Shown here: positions 1 through 10,521 of the stretch, one piece after another
Layout of the letters: the number at the start of each line of letters is the position of its first letter
How positions within the stretch are numbered: position 1 is the stretch's first letter
Assembly (NCBI GenBank): GCA_043228905.1
Contig: JBHGNT010000015.1
Location: 14,570,001-14,634,000, forward strand
From: Azolla caroliniana
Lineage: Eukaryota; Plantae; Polypodiophyta
Reading direction: 5' to 3'
Length of the DNA: 64,000 bases
Program-made: the position numbers and the translations under genes
Notes under the pieces: generated by a model
What the model was told of the DNA's origin: nothing
Database searches by the model: none
What the model saw: only the letters and a program-made list of their open reading frames with translations

Positions 1-310
1 AGTGTGTGAACACAACTTAGGAACACCCAAGTGTGTGAACATCCCACCTCCTTTGTATCTTAATTAAAGTGTCATAGAAGTTAAGTCCTATGACACATAT
101 TTAGGTTAAGTCTCCACCTGTTTTGTACGAGGTGGTTGTAGTGAGAGAACATAGAGAGAAGGTGACTACATAAGCACCTTCTCCTCCTCTTTGTTATTGT
201 TGGTTCATTCTTGTTCTTGTTAATATAGTTTTCTTGTTTTCTGTATACATTCTCTCTCTCTCGCTCGCTCACTCACACACATCTCTTCCATTGCACAAAA
301 TCATATCAAT
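1..310 (+). mobile_element. Copia LTR fragment, same family as the LTRs at 34594-34972 and 47715/51851, opposite orientation; runs off the window edge
   Basis: The reverse complement matches those LTRs: GGAGAAGGTGCTTATGTAGTCACC, GTGTCATAG..CTATGACAC, TTGTGCAATGGAAGAGAT and the CT/CA microsatellite. Confidence 0.75.
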
Positions 311-329
311 ATACAAATCCCAATAGAGA

Positions 330-810
330 CCCAATAGTTCCATCTTATGCGAAGGTCCACTAACTCAAGAAAGGGAGAAGAGGACCATTGTTAGATGGAG
401 GTTAATCATTGTCTTTCAACTCCATCGGACCCGCCCTTGAGGCCATCGTATTGGCTCTTTAGAGTGGCTACAACTTCACTCCATATCTCTTGTAATAATA
501 TTGCTTGATGCACAATTTGATTGGAGAAGACTTGTCTACACCATTGTTTCCAAAGAATCCAAAGAGTTGTTAGGCTTACCAAATCCAAAGAGTTATTAGG
601 TTGACCAATTCCAACATTTTGTCAGATGTTTCCCTACCTATTGGGATCAAATAGCCTTCCTCCTCATACTGTATCCACTTCTCCATTGTCATCCTTTGAT
701 TAATAGATTCCCTAAGCAATAGAGCGTTCATAATTTCAGATCTCATAGTCCATCCACCTCTGATTCCATGGAGTATGTTGGCTTGATCTTGTATTCGCAA
801 TGACAAACCA
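330..810 (-). mobile_element. Degenerate L1-type LINE ORF2 3' end
   Basis: ORF 406-588 (LTTLWILWKQWCRQVF..EIWSEVVATLKSQYD) aligns by eye with the LINE C-terminus at 35550-35936 (ITLWTLWKYHCKRRY..ELWGSLLAVVRGQYD). Confidence 0.65.
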
Positions 811-834
811 TCTCCAATTTTTTGTCTCTCTCTT

Positions 835-2055
835 GTTTGAAAAAGAGAGCATATTATTTATAGTTTGTTTCATATACTTCAAAAAAGCTTTGATATGATA
901 CCCCTTGTGAGCATCTTTGGAGGTGAATAGAAGAACTCCAGATGCCAAATGAATATATGCTTGTAATTTCCAAATTTTTAGATTCAGTTCTACATTGTGT
1001 GCATATGGGTAATAGGTTTTCAAATTTTTTCAATTGCACTATTGGTGTTGAGCAAGGATACCCACTCTCACCAAATCTATTTGGTCTATGCATTGATAAA
1101 TAGGAAGAAATGGTTGCCAGGTTTGTAAAGGAAGGTGTTGAAGAAGTTGCCATTAGGAATATAGTCATTATGCTTTTGCTATATGTGGATGATGTAGTGC
1201 TTTTTGTAAATATTTTAGGAGATGTACAAAAGCTTATAAAGACACTAGAAAAAAATTGCATATATACTAAAATAAGTGTCAATAGATTTGAAACAAAGAT
1301 TATGCTTCTAAAGAGCCAAAAAAGAGATAAACCATGCATTATGTACAATAATGAGCTAGTGGAATGTGTGGAAAGCTTAAAATATCTTGGCGTTGAAGTT
1401 CCTTCAAATCATAGATGAAATGAATATGTTAACCATCACCTAGAGGCGAGAAAGAGATCATAATAATGGAGAAATTAAGTGTTGGGTCCTCAAGGAATAC
1501 TTTTTTGACATTTTGGTTACCTCGATGCCTCTTTATAGGGTGAAAGTATGGGTTGGTAACATCCCTAAATCTACAAGCTAAGAAACAAACACTCCTTGAG
1601 ACAAGATCAATTCCCATTGAGATCATGGCCATGAAAACAATTGTTGAATACAAGCTTAAGGTTCAAAAAAGAACTTCGGATAGACTTCCTAGAATCGCAT
1701 GGGCAATAAGCAAAGAGTTCCAAAAGACACATAAAAGCATAATTTTGTGTTCCAATTAGATGCAAGATATGGAAAAATGGTTTGGTAGATGGGATGTAAC
1801 ATACTTCATTATTGCATCATTAGACTCCTCTAGACATGAGGCCTTTTTGCAACAACATGGGGGGAACGTGTAGGCTCACGTTGCATGCATTATACTACAC
1901 GTTGCACCTAATTACAAAACCATATTCTTCACCGAATAGGGAGACAATACACATCGATACATGTTAGAGCCCATCTCGTTGGCTACCATCCAAACCATTG
2001 CTTCCTGCGACTTAACTCATATGCATTGCGATGCGAGACATGGTGTTGGGTGCTA
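835..2055 (+). mobile_element. Degenerate non-LTR (RTE/RTEX/L2-like) reverse transcriptase
   Basis: Broken frames carry an F.DFKKAFD-like motif, GVEQGYPLSPNLFG, LLYVDDVVL, KYLGV and a C-terminal LRCET motif. Stops and frameshifts are present. Confidence 0.8.
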
Positions 2056-2089
2056 AAAAACATCTCACACACACACAATAAAAAGTGAA

Positions 2090-2775
2090 TCCATAGTGAC
2101 GTGATATGGGCAACATATGTATTATATATAAGCAAGAGTTGGAACAATCACAAAGACGGTGACAAACATCCTTGGTGTAAAGAAAATATGCTCACTATTC
2201 CCTACCCTCATTAGACTCTACATCAATGAGCTAGTAGACTACATGCATGGAGATGCTGCAAGAATCAACAATGATGCACCCACATTCTTCTTAATGCTGA
2301 TGATATAATCTTGATCTTTGAATCTCATATAAGTCTACAACATTGTTTCATTTTCTTGGATGGTTTAGGTCATCTCATATAAGTCATCCAACCTCAGAGA
2401 CTTATATGGCATCTTTAGTGTCCTAGTACAAATACAATTTCATGATCTTTCCCAAATGATGGATTCATCCATAGACTGAGGTACATGGACATCTACATGC
2501 CCCATATTGCTTGCCAAGCAATAGGCGAATAGTTTTCTCCCACCAACCAATCATGGAGATCACTTCTTGACATGGCCAATCAGCACAAGGACACATAGAT
2601 GCACTTGTTGAACTCTGTCACAGCCTCATTTCACTGCAGAAATCAACCACGAATACACAGTCCAATCGCGACTAATCACATAGATATTCGTTATGCACTT
2701 CATGCTTATAAACATCTCCAAAATCATATCACCACATGCATTCAGATCCCAATCATAGAGCTTTAAGAAACCTAG
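2090..2775. repeat. Unclassified dispersed repeat, related to ~20900-21790
   Basis: Shared blocks in the same order: TGGGCAACATATG, TTATGCACTTCAT, ATGCATT.AGATC and the TT(A)AGAAAC(C/T)T end. Confidence 0.4.
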
Positions 2776-2789
2776 AGCTTTTCGTTTCA

Positions 2790-4150
2790 TTTTGGTCTGG
2801 ATGACACATTTTCGGGTTTCTCTGTTTTAGGGTTTCTTACTGAGTTTTCGGGTTTCTTGCTGTGGTCCAGGGTTTATTGTTGCGTTTCAGGGTTTGTTGC
2901 TCCATTTTTAGTCTCTGCATTTTGGGGTTTCTTGTTACATTTTAAAGTTTCTACATTTTAGAGTTTCTTCCTGTGTTTTAGGATTTCCTCTTGCTTAGGG
3001 TTTAGTTGGATTGTGTTTTCAGGGTTTCTTTCTTGTTCAGTATTTCTTTTTCTTGCATTTTTGAGTTCCTCTTCTCGTCTTTGTCTGATGCACACACAAG
3101 TAATCATATCTCTAAATCCGTCAATCACCACCTACTAACACCACTGAACCAATGACAAGTGTCAAGAAAACAGATGGACACTTAGCAAACCTTGACAAAA
3201 CACTACCTGATTTGACAAAATAAAACAAGAAGAACTCAGATATAATGATAAATGCCTTACAACATCGAATCTCTATTATTGAAGAAGACAACAACTACCT
3301 TCAAATTGAATATGAAGTAATAAAGGCAAAAATTGTTGAGCATGAAGAGGGCAAAGTTACCCTAAACTTAGAACGTCAAAGCTGAATTAAAAAAAGGGTG
3401 GAAGAGGAGGTGACGGTAGAGTTTCCACAAGCCAAAGAAGTGGAAGTCAAAAAATCTAGACAAGAACAAAGCTGAACTAAAGAAAGGTTGGACCTGACGC
3501 AGTCAAAGAAGAAGTCAAAATGAAAATCGAAACATAACAGTTGGGATGGGTGGCGGTAGCTAAAAAATAGGTACAACAAGGAATTGAGCTTGTGCAGAGT
3601 ACAATTGAAGAAGAACGAATGAGGCATGCATGTCGCGTCAATATGTGGACCACAGACATCCCCAAGTCACCAAATGCTGCCCTCGATCAAGCAAGGACAT
3701 TAAGGACAAACCTCAGGTACAGCAAGGAAAAACCAACCCCATTCACCAAACCTTGGACAGTGGGAAAAATGCCATTAAAGCTCAAGCACTCATAATGCAA
3801 TAGGAAGAATTGCCTTCCTCAAAAAGCAAGTCATACTACAAGGGTTGGATGGCCCCACTGTTTTAATTGATGACTTGAAGAAAACGCAAATTGACCATAA
3901 AAAACAATGTATGCCACGGATCATACAAGCACACAAGAAAACAATGATGTCTACTGAGATGGTCACGTTGTTATCAACAGCGAGGGCATTGAATAGAGTT
4001 TCACAACCTGTAAGAAAATAGAACCAAAGCTACCCATGCAGTTTGGAACTGCAAAGGAGCACTTTGCACACACTAGGAAGAATGGAAGATGTAATGGCAG
4101 GACAAAATATGCTCCTTATTACAAAGACACACCAAAGCCCAGCGAAAGAA
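2790..4150 (+). mobile_element. 5' part of a LINE: GGGTTT-rich 5'UTR, coiled-coil ORF1 remnant, start of the AP-endonuclease
   Basis: 2790-3060 has repeated (A/C)GGGTTT(C) motifs. 3152-4000 is an E/K-rich coiled-coil pseudo-ORF ending ..LIDDLKKTQ.., followed by WNCKG...MLLITKTHQSP, which resembles the APE N-terminal WN.RG / D..L.ET motifs. Confidence 0.55.
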
Positions 4151-4318
4151 AGAAAGACAGAAAGATATGTAAACGTCTTTTAAGAGGCCAAAATGGCCTA
4201 TAAAACCAAGGACAAAATATGCTCCTTATTACAAAGACACACCAAAGCCCAGCAAAAGAAAGAAAGACAGAAAGATATATAAACATCTTTTAAGAGGCCA
4301 ATATGGCCTATAAAACCA
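4099..4318. repeat. Tandem duplication, 2 x 110 bp
   Basis: AGGACAAAATATGCTCC...TATAAAACCA starts at 4099 and again at 4209, with only a few substitutions. Confidence 0.95.
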
Positions 4319-4656
4319 AACAAGAGATTACATCTTAAGTGGTATCTTGTCTTTGAGAACGACAAATCAAAATAAATGCTAAGTAAAAAAAATTAACTAG
4401 GATAAAAGGAGAATAAAGAATCTTGTTATCGGTACATGTAAGATTTTGAAGTCGGATATATTGTAACTTTTGTCTTTAAAAGATCTCTAGCATAGGTTGA
4501 TCCAGAATGGAGAGGTCTCAGAATCAAGGGAAGCATGTGCAATGGTGGTAGATAATGGCATTTATCTGTCCATGACAATGGTGATGTGATTGTGGTCTAT
4601 GGGGCGAAGGCCTACGTGCACGACAAATTGATATTTCTGATCTATTGTAATCCCTT

Positions 4657-5137
4657 TGTTATGTCCTAGTCGAGCGCCAAAATTTGTAGCCCTTGATTGA
4701 CTGGTAGCATGAGTGATGGGGCATGAGTATGATCGTCTGCACATTTTCAGCTGTGAAGCTTTCAGGCAAGTAGACGAGGCTCAATACTAAGAGAGTGAGA
4801 GAGAGAAAGTATTCAAGAGAACAAGAACTGAATTATGATTCCATAACTGGTGTTGTTCACCTTGACTAAGGCCAACGTGAAACCCTGTATTTATACATGT
4901 GTATGGGCTCTAAATGTAGCCCCATGCAAAGACTCATTTTCATGCACAAGCTTCTAGAATGTTCTAGCTTCTGGAGCTTTCTGGAAGCTTCTAAAATCCT
5001 ACATGTAGAATAGCTAATCTACAATAATCTAGTAAGGTAACATGATTATGTATTGGATGTATTGGTTAAAATATATCGATTAAATACAGTAGGTCAAAAG
5101 CTCGAATCATGACATGACTGTTGTCATGTCCATGACA
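4657..5137 (-). mobile_element. Probable solo LTR
   Basis: TG...CA ends with a short terminal IR (TGTTATG / CATGACA), a minus-strand TATAAATA at ~4888-4895, and it abuts a truncated Copia integrase. No TSD seen. Confidence 0.5.
4951..4992. promoter_or_regulatory. Two perfect 3-unit heat-shock elements (nTTCnnGAAnnTTCn)
   Basis: cTTCtaGAAtgTTCt at 4951-4965 and tTTCtgGAAgcTTCt at 4978-4992. Confidence 0.6.
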
Positions 5138-5140
5138 CAA

Positions 5141-7628
5141 GTTAGACAAGAGCTAAGAAACAAGTTGGATGCAAATTCCATCAAAGGCATCTTTTTGGAG
5201 GTGAGAGGGGTTATAGAATTTTGTTACCACAATATTGAAAGGTAATCAGAAGTTATGATGTTGTATTCAATGTAGCAAAGCTGCTCAAAAGCAATTCTAC
5301 CTCATTAGAATCAACAAAAACAGTGAAATTTCAGCAACAGCCAACCATTGACTCAAGAATAACATCTCAAGGTGATGATGACGTAGAGATCTACAAAGCA
5401 CTCTATTGCCAGACGGACAGCAAAACAGAGAAATTTTAAACACTGACGATGAAGATCAAATACAGCCACCTACAAATGAAGAAATAATTGTTGAACTACA
5501 TCAAGAAGATATTCCATTAGATATGGAACCAATTCTAGATAATGTCGATCACTAGGTTAGGAGATCCACATGGTTGAGGGGTCCAACCCAAAGATATGAT
5601 CCATCTCTTCATCAAATTCTTTTAAAAGATGAAGGAGAGCCTTTCTCTCTTAAAGAGGCTAGGACATGTGAGCATTCTAACAAGTGTATGCAAGAGGGAT
5701 GAAAGCACTCCATGAGAATAATACGTGGGAGCTTGTGGAGGTGCCCAAAGGTAAAAAGGCTATACCCAAGAAGTGGGTCTACAAGGTAAAGGCTCTGGAA
5801 GGTAAACCCAAGTATAATGCTCGTTAAGTAGCCAAAGGGTGAAAACAGATACAAAGGAATTGATTTTCAGGAGGTTTTTGCTACAGTAGTCAAGATGACT
5901 ACACTCAGGACCCTTCTTGCTATTTCAACCTTTTTGGATTTGGAATACAGCTTTCCGTCATGGTAACCTAGATGAGGAACTTTATATGTTGCAGCCTGAA
6001 GGGTTCCTGATTCCAAGAAAAGAACATTTAGTTTGTAAACTTCGACACCGTTTCTATGGGCTGAAACAAGCCCCAAGTCTTTGGTATAAGAAATTTGATT
6101 CTTTCATGCTTTCAAATGGCTTCAATTAAAGTACGGCAGATCCTTGTTTCTATATTTAAAAGGAAACTAATGGAAGTCCGATTATTTTGGTTTCATATGT
6201 TGATGACATGCTCATTGCAAGAAAGCATGACACAAGTTTGTAGGAATTAAAATGCGGACTCAAATCTGCATTTTCTATGAAAGATCTCGGAATTGTTGAG
6301 CACATTCTTGGGATAAGAATCAGGTGGGACAGGCAAAAGAAGTTACTATTTGTGTCTAAAAAGAAGTACATTCAGCTATTGGAAAGATTTTAGATGACTG
6401 AGGCAAAGGCATCTTCAGTGCCCCTTCAATCACAAGAAAAGCTTTCAAAAAAGCACATTATCCCAAAGACAAAGAGGAAACAAAGAAAATGCAGGCTATT
6501 CCAAATGCTTTAGCTTGTTGGTCATTGATGTATGCAATGGTATCAACACGACCTGATATTGCATATGCAGTCGGAGTGGTTAAGCAGATTTATGAGTCAA
6601 CTTGGCCGAAGCCATTGGGCTGCAATCAAGTCTATCCTTAGATATCTCAAATGCACTTAGGAAAAAAACATTTGTTATGGCAAAGGGAACTTGAATTTTC
6701 ATAGCTATTGTGATTCTGATATGGCTGGAGATGTAGACACAAGAAAATCTACTTATGGCTACATCTATACAGGGAGCTATTTCATGGTGTTCAAGGCTAC
6801 AACGAATCATTGTCCTCTCTACTACAGAAGCTGAGTATATCTCAGCTACAAAGGCTTCAAAGGAGGCCATTCAGTTAACTCTCTTGTGTAGTGAGCTTGG
6901 ACTCCCAAACCAAATTCTAGTCCTACATTGTGATCACCAAAGTGCCACATGTTTGGCAAAGAACCCTATTTACCACACAAGGAACAACATTATTGATATT
7001 CGCTATCACTTCATCAAAGAGGTGATAGAGGATGGTCAAATCGAATAGGTAAAGATTGATACTACCAAGAATCCAGCAGATTGTTTAACGAAGTGTTTAT
7101 CAAAGACACTTCACCAACAATGTCTTGACCGAGTGGGAGTTGTCTAGTAGAGTAACCTACCTCCTTTAAGTGGGAGGTTATTGGGATTAAAGGCCCTTTA
7201 GGTTTATCTGACTAAACTAGTAAAACGTTTTTATATTCTTTAATATTTTCTAATTTTTGTTAAAATTGTACAATTTCATTTTCAGAACTGTTCTACAACT
7301 TCTAAATGAATATTTTGTCGTTTGAATGGGATCCTTCAATAAGATGCCCACTCAGCATTAAATAGCTATTTATGAGGCCATGACTTAATTGTCACATCGG
7401 CATTTACAGCTCTTCTTCTAAGAGCATATTCTATGTAACTTGGATAGCACATATATACGTGTGCACTCCTACCTCGTATATTTTTTAAGTGGTAAGCTTT
7501 TGTTTTTCAGAATTGCTTATACTTCTTTAATCTCTCCTATGTGTTAAAACCCCATAATTGTTTTTAGTTTTTATATCTCTGCCTTCAGTTATCTCAGAAA
7601 ACTGGCATTCTACCTTCTACTTCTTACA
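5141..7628 (+). mobile_element. Degenerate 5'-truncated Ty1/Copia (integrase C-terminus, RT, RNase H, PPT, 3' LTR ~7179-7628)
   Basis: KLDA.SIKGIF, HGNLDEELYMLQPEGF, YGLKQAP, YVDDMLI, STTEAEY and HIDIRYHF-like motifs, PPT AAGTGGGAGG, LTR ending TTACA. Many stops. Confidence 0.9.
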
Positions 7629-7630
7629 AG

Positions 7631-8051
7631 AGTTTTCTGAAATATCTCAAGGCAGAGATATAGAAACTAAAAACAATCATGGGGTTTAACACATATGAGA
7701 GGTTAAAAAAAGCAAAAGCAGTTCTGCAAAACAATAGCCCCCCTCTTAAAAAGAATGTACAAGGTAGGAGTGCACATATATATGCTATTCTAGATACATA
7801 GAATATGCTCTTAGAAAAAGAGTTGTATATGCTGATGGGACAGCTAAGACATGACCTCATAAATACCTATTTAATGCTGACTGGGAATCTTGTGAAAGAA
7901 TCCCATTGTGTACAAAATATTCTTTTAGAAGTTGTAATATAGTTTTGAAAAACCAAACTGTACAACTCTGACAAAAATTAAAAACTATTAAATTATATAA
8001 AAACGTCTTTTTAGTTTACTTAAAGAAATCTAACGGCCTTTAATCCCAACA
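7631..8051 (-). mobile_element. Copia LTR in inverted orientation to the 7179-7628 LTR
   Basis: The reverse complement starts TGTTGGGATTAAAGGCC and follows 7179-7603 colinearly (about 80% by eye). It lacks the last ~25 nt. Confidence 0.9.
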
Positions 8052-9023
8052 AAAATTGCACCATCGGCAAGCATAAATAAATATCTATTAGCAGGTTTGT
8101 GTGGATCCACATCACTTGTCATATCAGAGTCACAAAATCTATGTAATTCCAATGAACCCTTTCCATCACATAAACTTTTACCTTTTGTACCCTTCAAATA
8201 TCTCATAATTTCTTTGATGGCTTCCCAATGTGACTTGCCAGGATTAGCCATGAACCTACTATGTCCCACTGTGTGTGCAATGTCTAGTTTTATAACCATG
8301 GCAAACATGAGAGAGCCACGAGTTAAAGTATATGGGACAGCCTTAATTGAATTCGCTGCTGCATCATTTTTTGGTGAATTTGACATGAAGAGGTACAGCA
8401 AACGCTTCAGCATCATTCCTGTTAAACCTTTTAAGCGCTTTTCCAATGTACGATTCTTGAGATACATAAAGCAGCCGTCGCTACCTATCCCTCTCTATCT
8501 TCATACCCAAGATATGTTGAGCTGGACCTGAATCTTCATGGCAAAGGCTGAATTTAGCTGGTCTTTACATTGCGTTACGGGTACTTTTCTTTTTACCAGC
8601 ATTACACATGTCATCTACAAATAACAAAAAATGATGGGGCTGCCGTCACCTACATCACTCTTTGTTTAAATACAATGATCTGCATGGTTCATTCTAAACG
8701 CAAGTCATAACATTAAAATTTCAAACGTTTTGTACAATTGTTTAGGAGCTTGTTTCAGGAAATATTGACTACTCTTGAATTTGCACACTGAATGTTCCTT
8801 ACCAGGACTTGCAAACCCATCTAGCTGTTTAATATATATATATATATAGCTCGTCTTCAACATCACCATGCAAGAAAGCAGTCTTTGCATCTGTTTGTTG
8901 ACGCTCCAAGTCAAGGGCTGCAGTCAGAGCAAGAAAAGTTTGCATGGTGATGATTTTGACTACAACACTCGATAGTCAACCTCTTTTAGTTGCACATAGT
9001 CTTTTGCAACCAACCTTGCTTTG

Positions 9024-9216
9024 TACACACACCTATAAGGAAAAGCATTCTTATCCTGCGGCAATTGAACCGAGTCCCAAGTATCATTTGCATGCAAAGA
9101 TTTTATTTCCATCCATAATCTTCATTTTATACACACACCTATAAGGAAAATCATTCTTATCCTGCGGCAATTGAACCGAGTCCCAAGTATCATTTGCATG
9201 CAAAGATTTTATTTCC
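9024..9216. repeat. Near-tandem duplication (~87 bp x 2, period ~106)
   Basis: TACACACACCTATAAGG...GATTTTATTTCC at 9024-9110 and 9130-9216. Confidence 0.9.
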
Positions 9217-9948
9217 TTTTACATTGCAAGCTCCCACTTACTCATTTGATAGCGTGATCAAGCCTCTTTTAAGTTAAGAGGCTCACCCTCATCAATCAGT
9301 ACAATGTTATGCAACGAGGTATCATATCTCTATTAAATCCTCCCGAATCTAGGAGACCAATGATCTACATTATTAGGCATAAAACCTACATCAGAAGGGA
9401 CCAGAAAATCTTCAACATTACGCAGTTGCCCGTTCACAAACTTATTTTCAGCAGTATTCATTGGCTGCTCACCATCTCTAGGTGTGTGTAATGGCTGTCT
9501 ATCATCTTCTTACAACATTACACAGGCTCATTATGACTATCAACCCTTTGTGAGTCTAACTGAGCCACATTATCATACCAATGGTTGGTTGGCTATGCCA
9601 AAATCTAGCTTTTTTTATGTTTCCTAGAGGCACAACTAGATTTGAGCAACTTAACATCATTCAGCTTTTTAAGCTGAGATAGCCATACCTTTATAGCCCA
9701 TTTCACCTACCTCAAATTTCACCATGCCCAAGATCCAAAGATTTTGCTTACAAGACATACGGTAGTAATAGGAATTTGTCGCTTGTTTTCCACATTGACA
9801 ATCATTACAAGCTCAAGTTTAGTACATTTGGCGCCACTATTTATGCCTAATTTAGTGCCCTTGGCATAGTTTTCTAAAGAACAAAAGATATTCAATCTTT
9901 TTTCGCTCCTACAGCCCAACCATTCATGCCAAAGCTCCAAGTGAGAAT

Positions 9949-10480
9949 TGTGAGAAAAGCTGTTAATAGTAGCAGCGGAAGACTTAAAACAAAATAGGCA
10001 CAGCCAAGCTGTGAGAAGGTTGTTAGACAGCAGTAGAAAAAATGGTTGCAAAGAGTAGAGACACAGCCAAGGAATAGAGCTTGTTTTAAGTAGCAAAAAA
10101 GAAAATGAAAACTTTACAAAAGAGGCTGGTATAGCCTATTTATACAAAATTGGGGAATGTGGGTGAAATGGCTGTTTGGTAGTTAAGTGACTCTTGTACT
10201 ACCAAACAGGTACAAAAAACTAGGAATATCTTGGAAAAGGTAGAAGAGAGAAAAGGCATTTAAAGCATTGCAGATTCTAGAGAGAGAAGGCATTTAAAGA
10301 GTTGCAGATTCTAGAGAGAGAAGAATCTGAGAAAAGAGAGAATGTAGTACAGAGATAATAAATATGAAAGAGAGTGCAGGTCTGGAGCTGCCACCCTCCA
10401 ACACCTCCTCTCAGCTCCAGAACGGCCATCAAACATTGAGTCGACCAAGGAGCTGATTAATGGCATGCCTTGGAAGCGGG

Positions 10481-10521
<41 letters not shown>

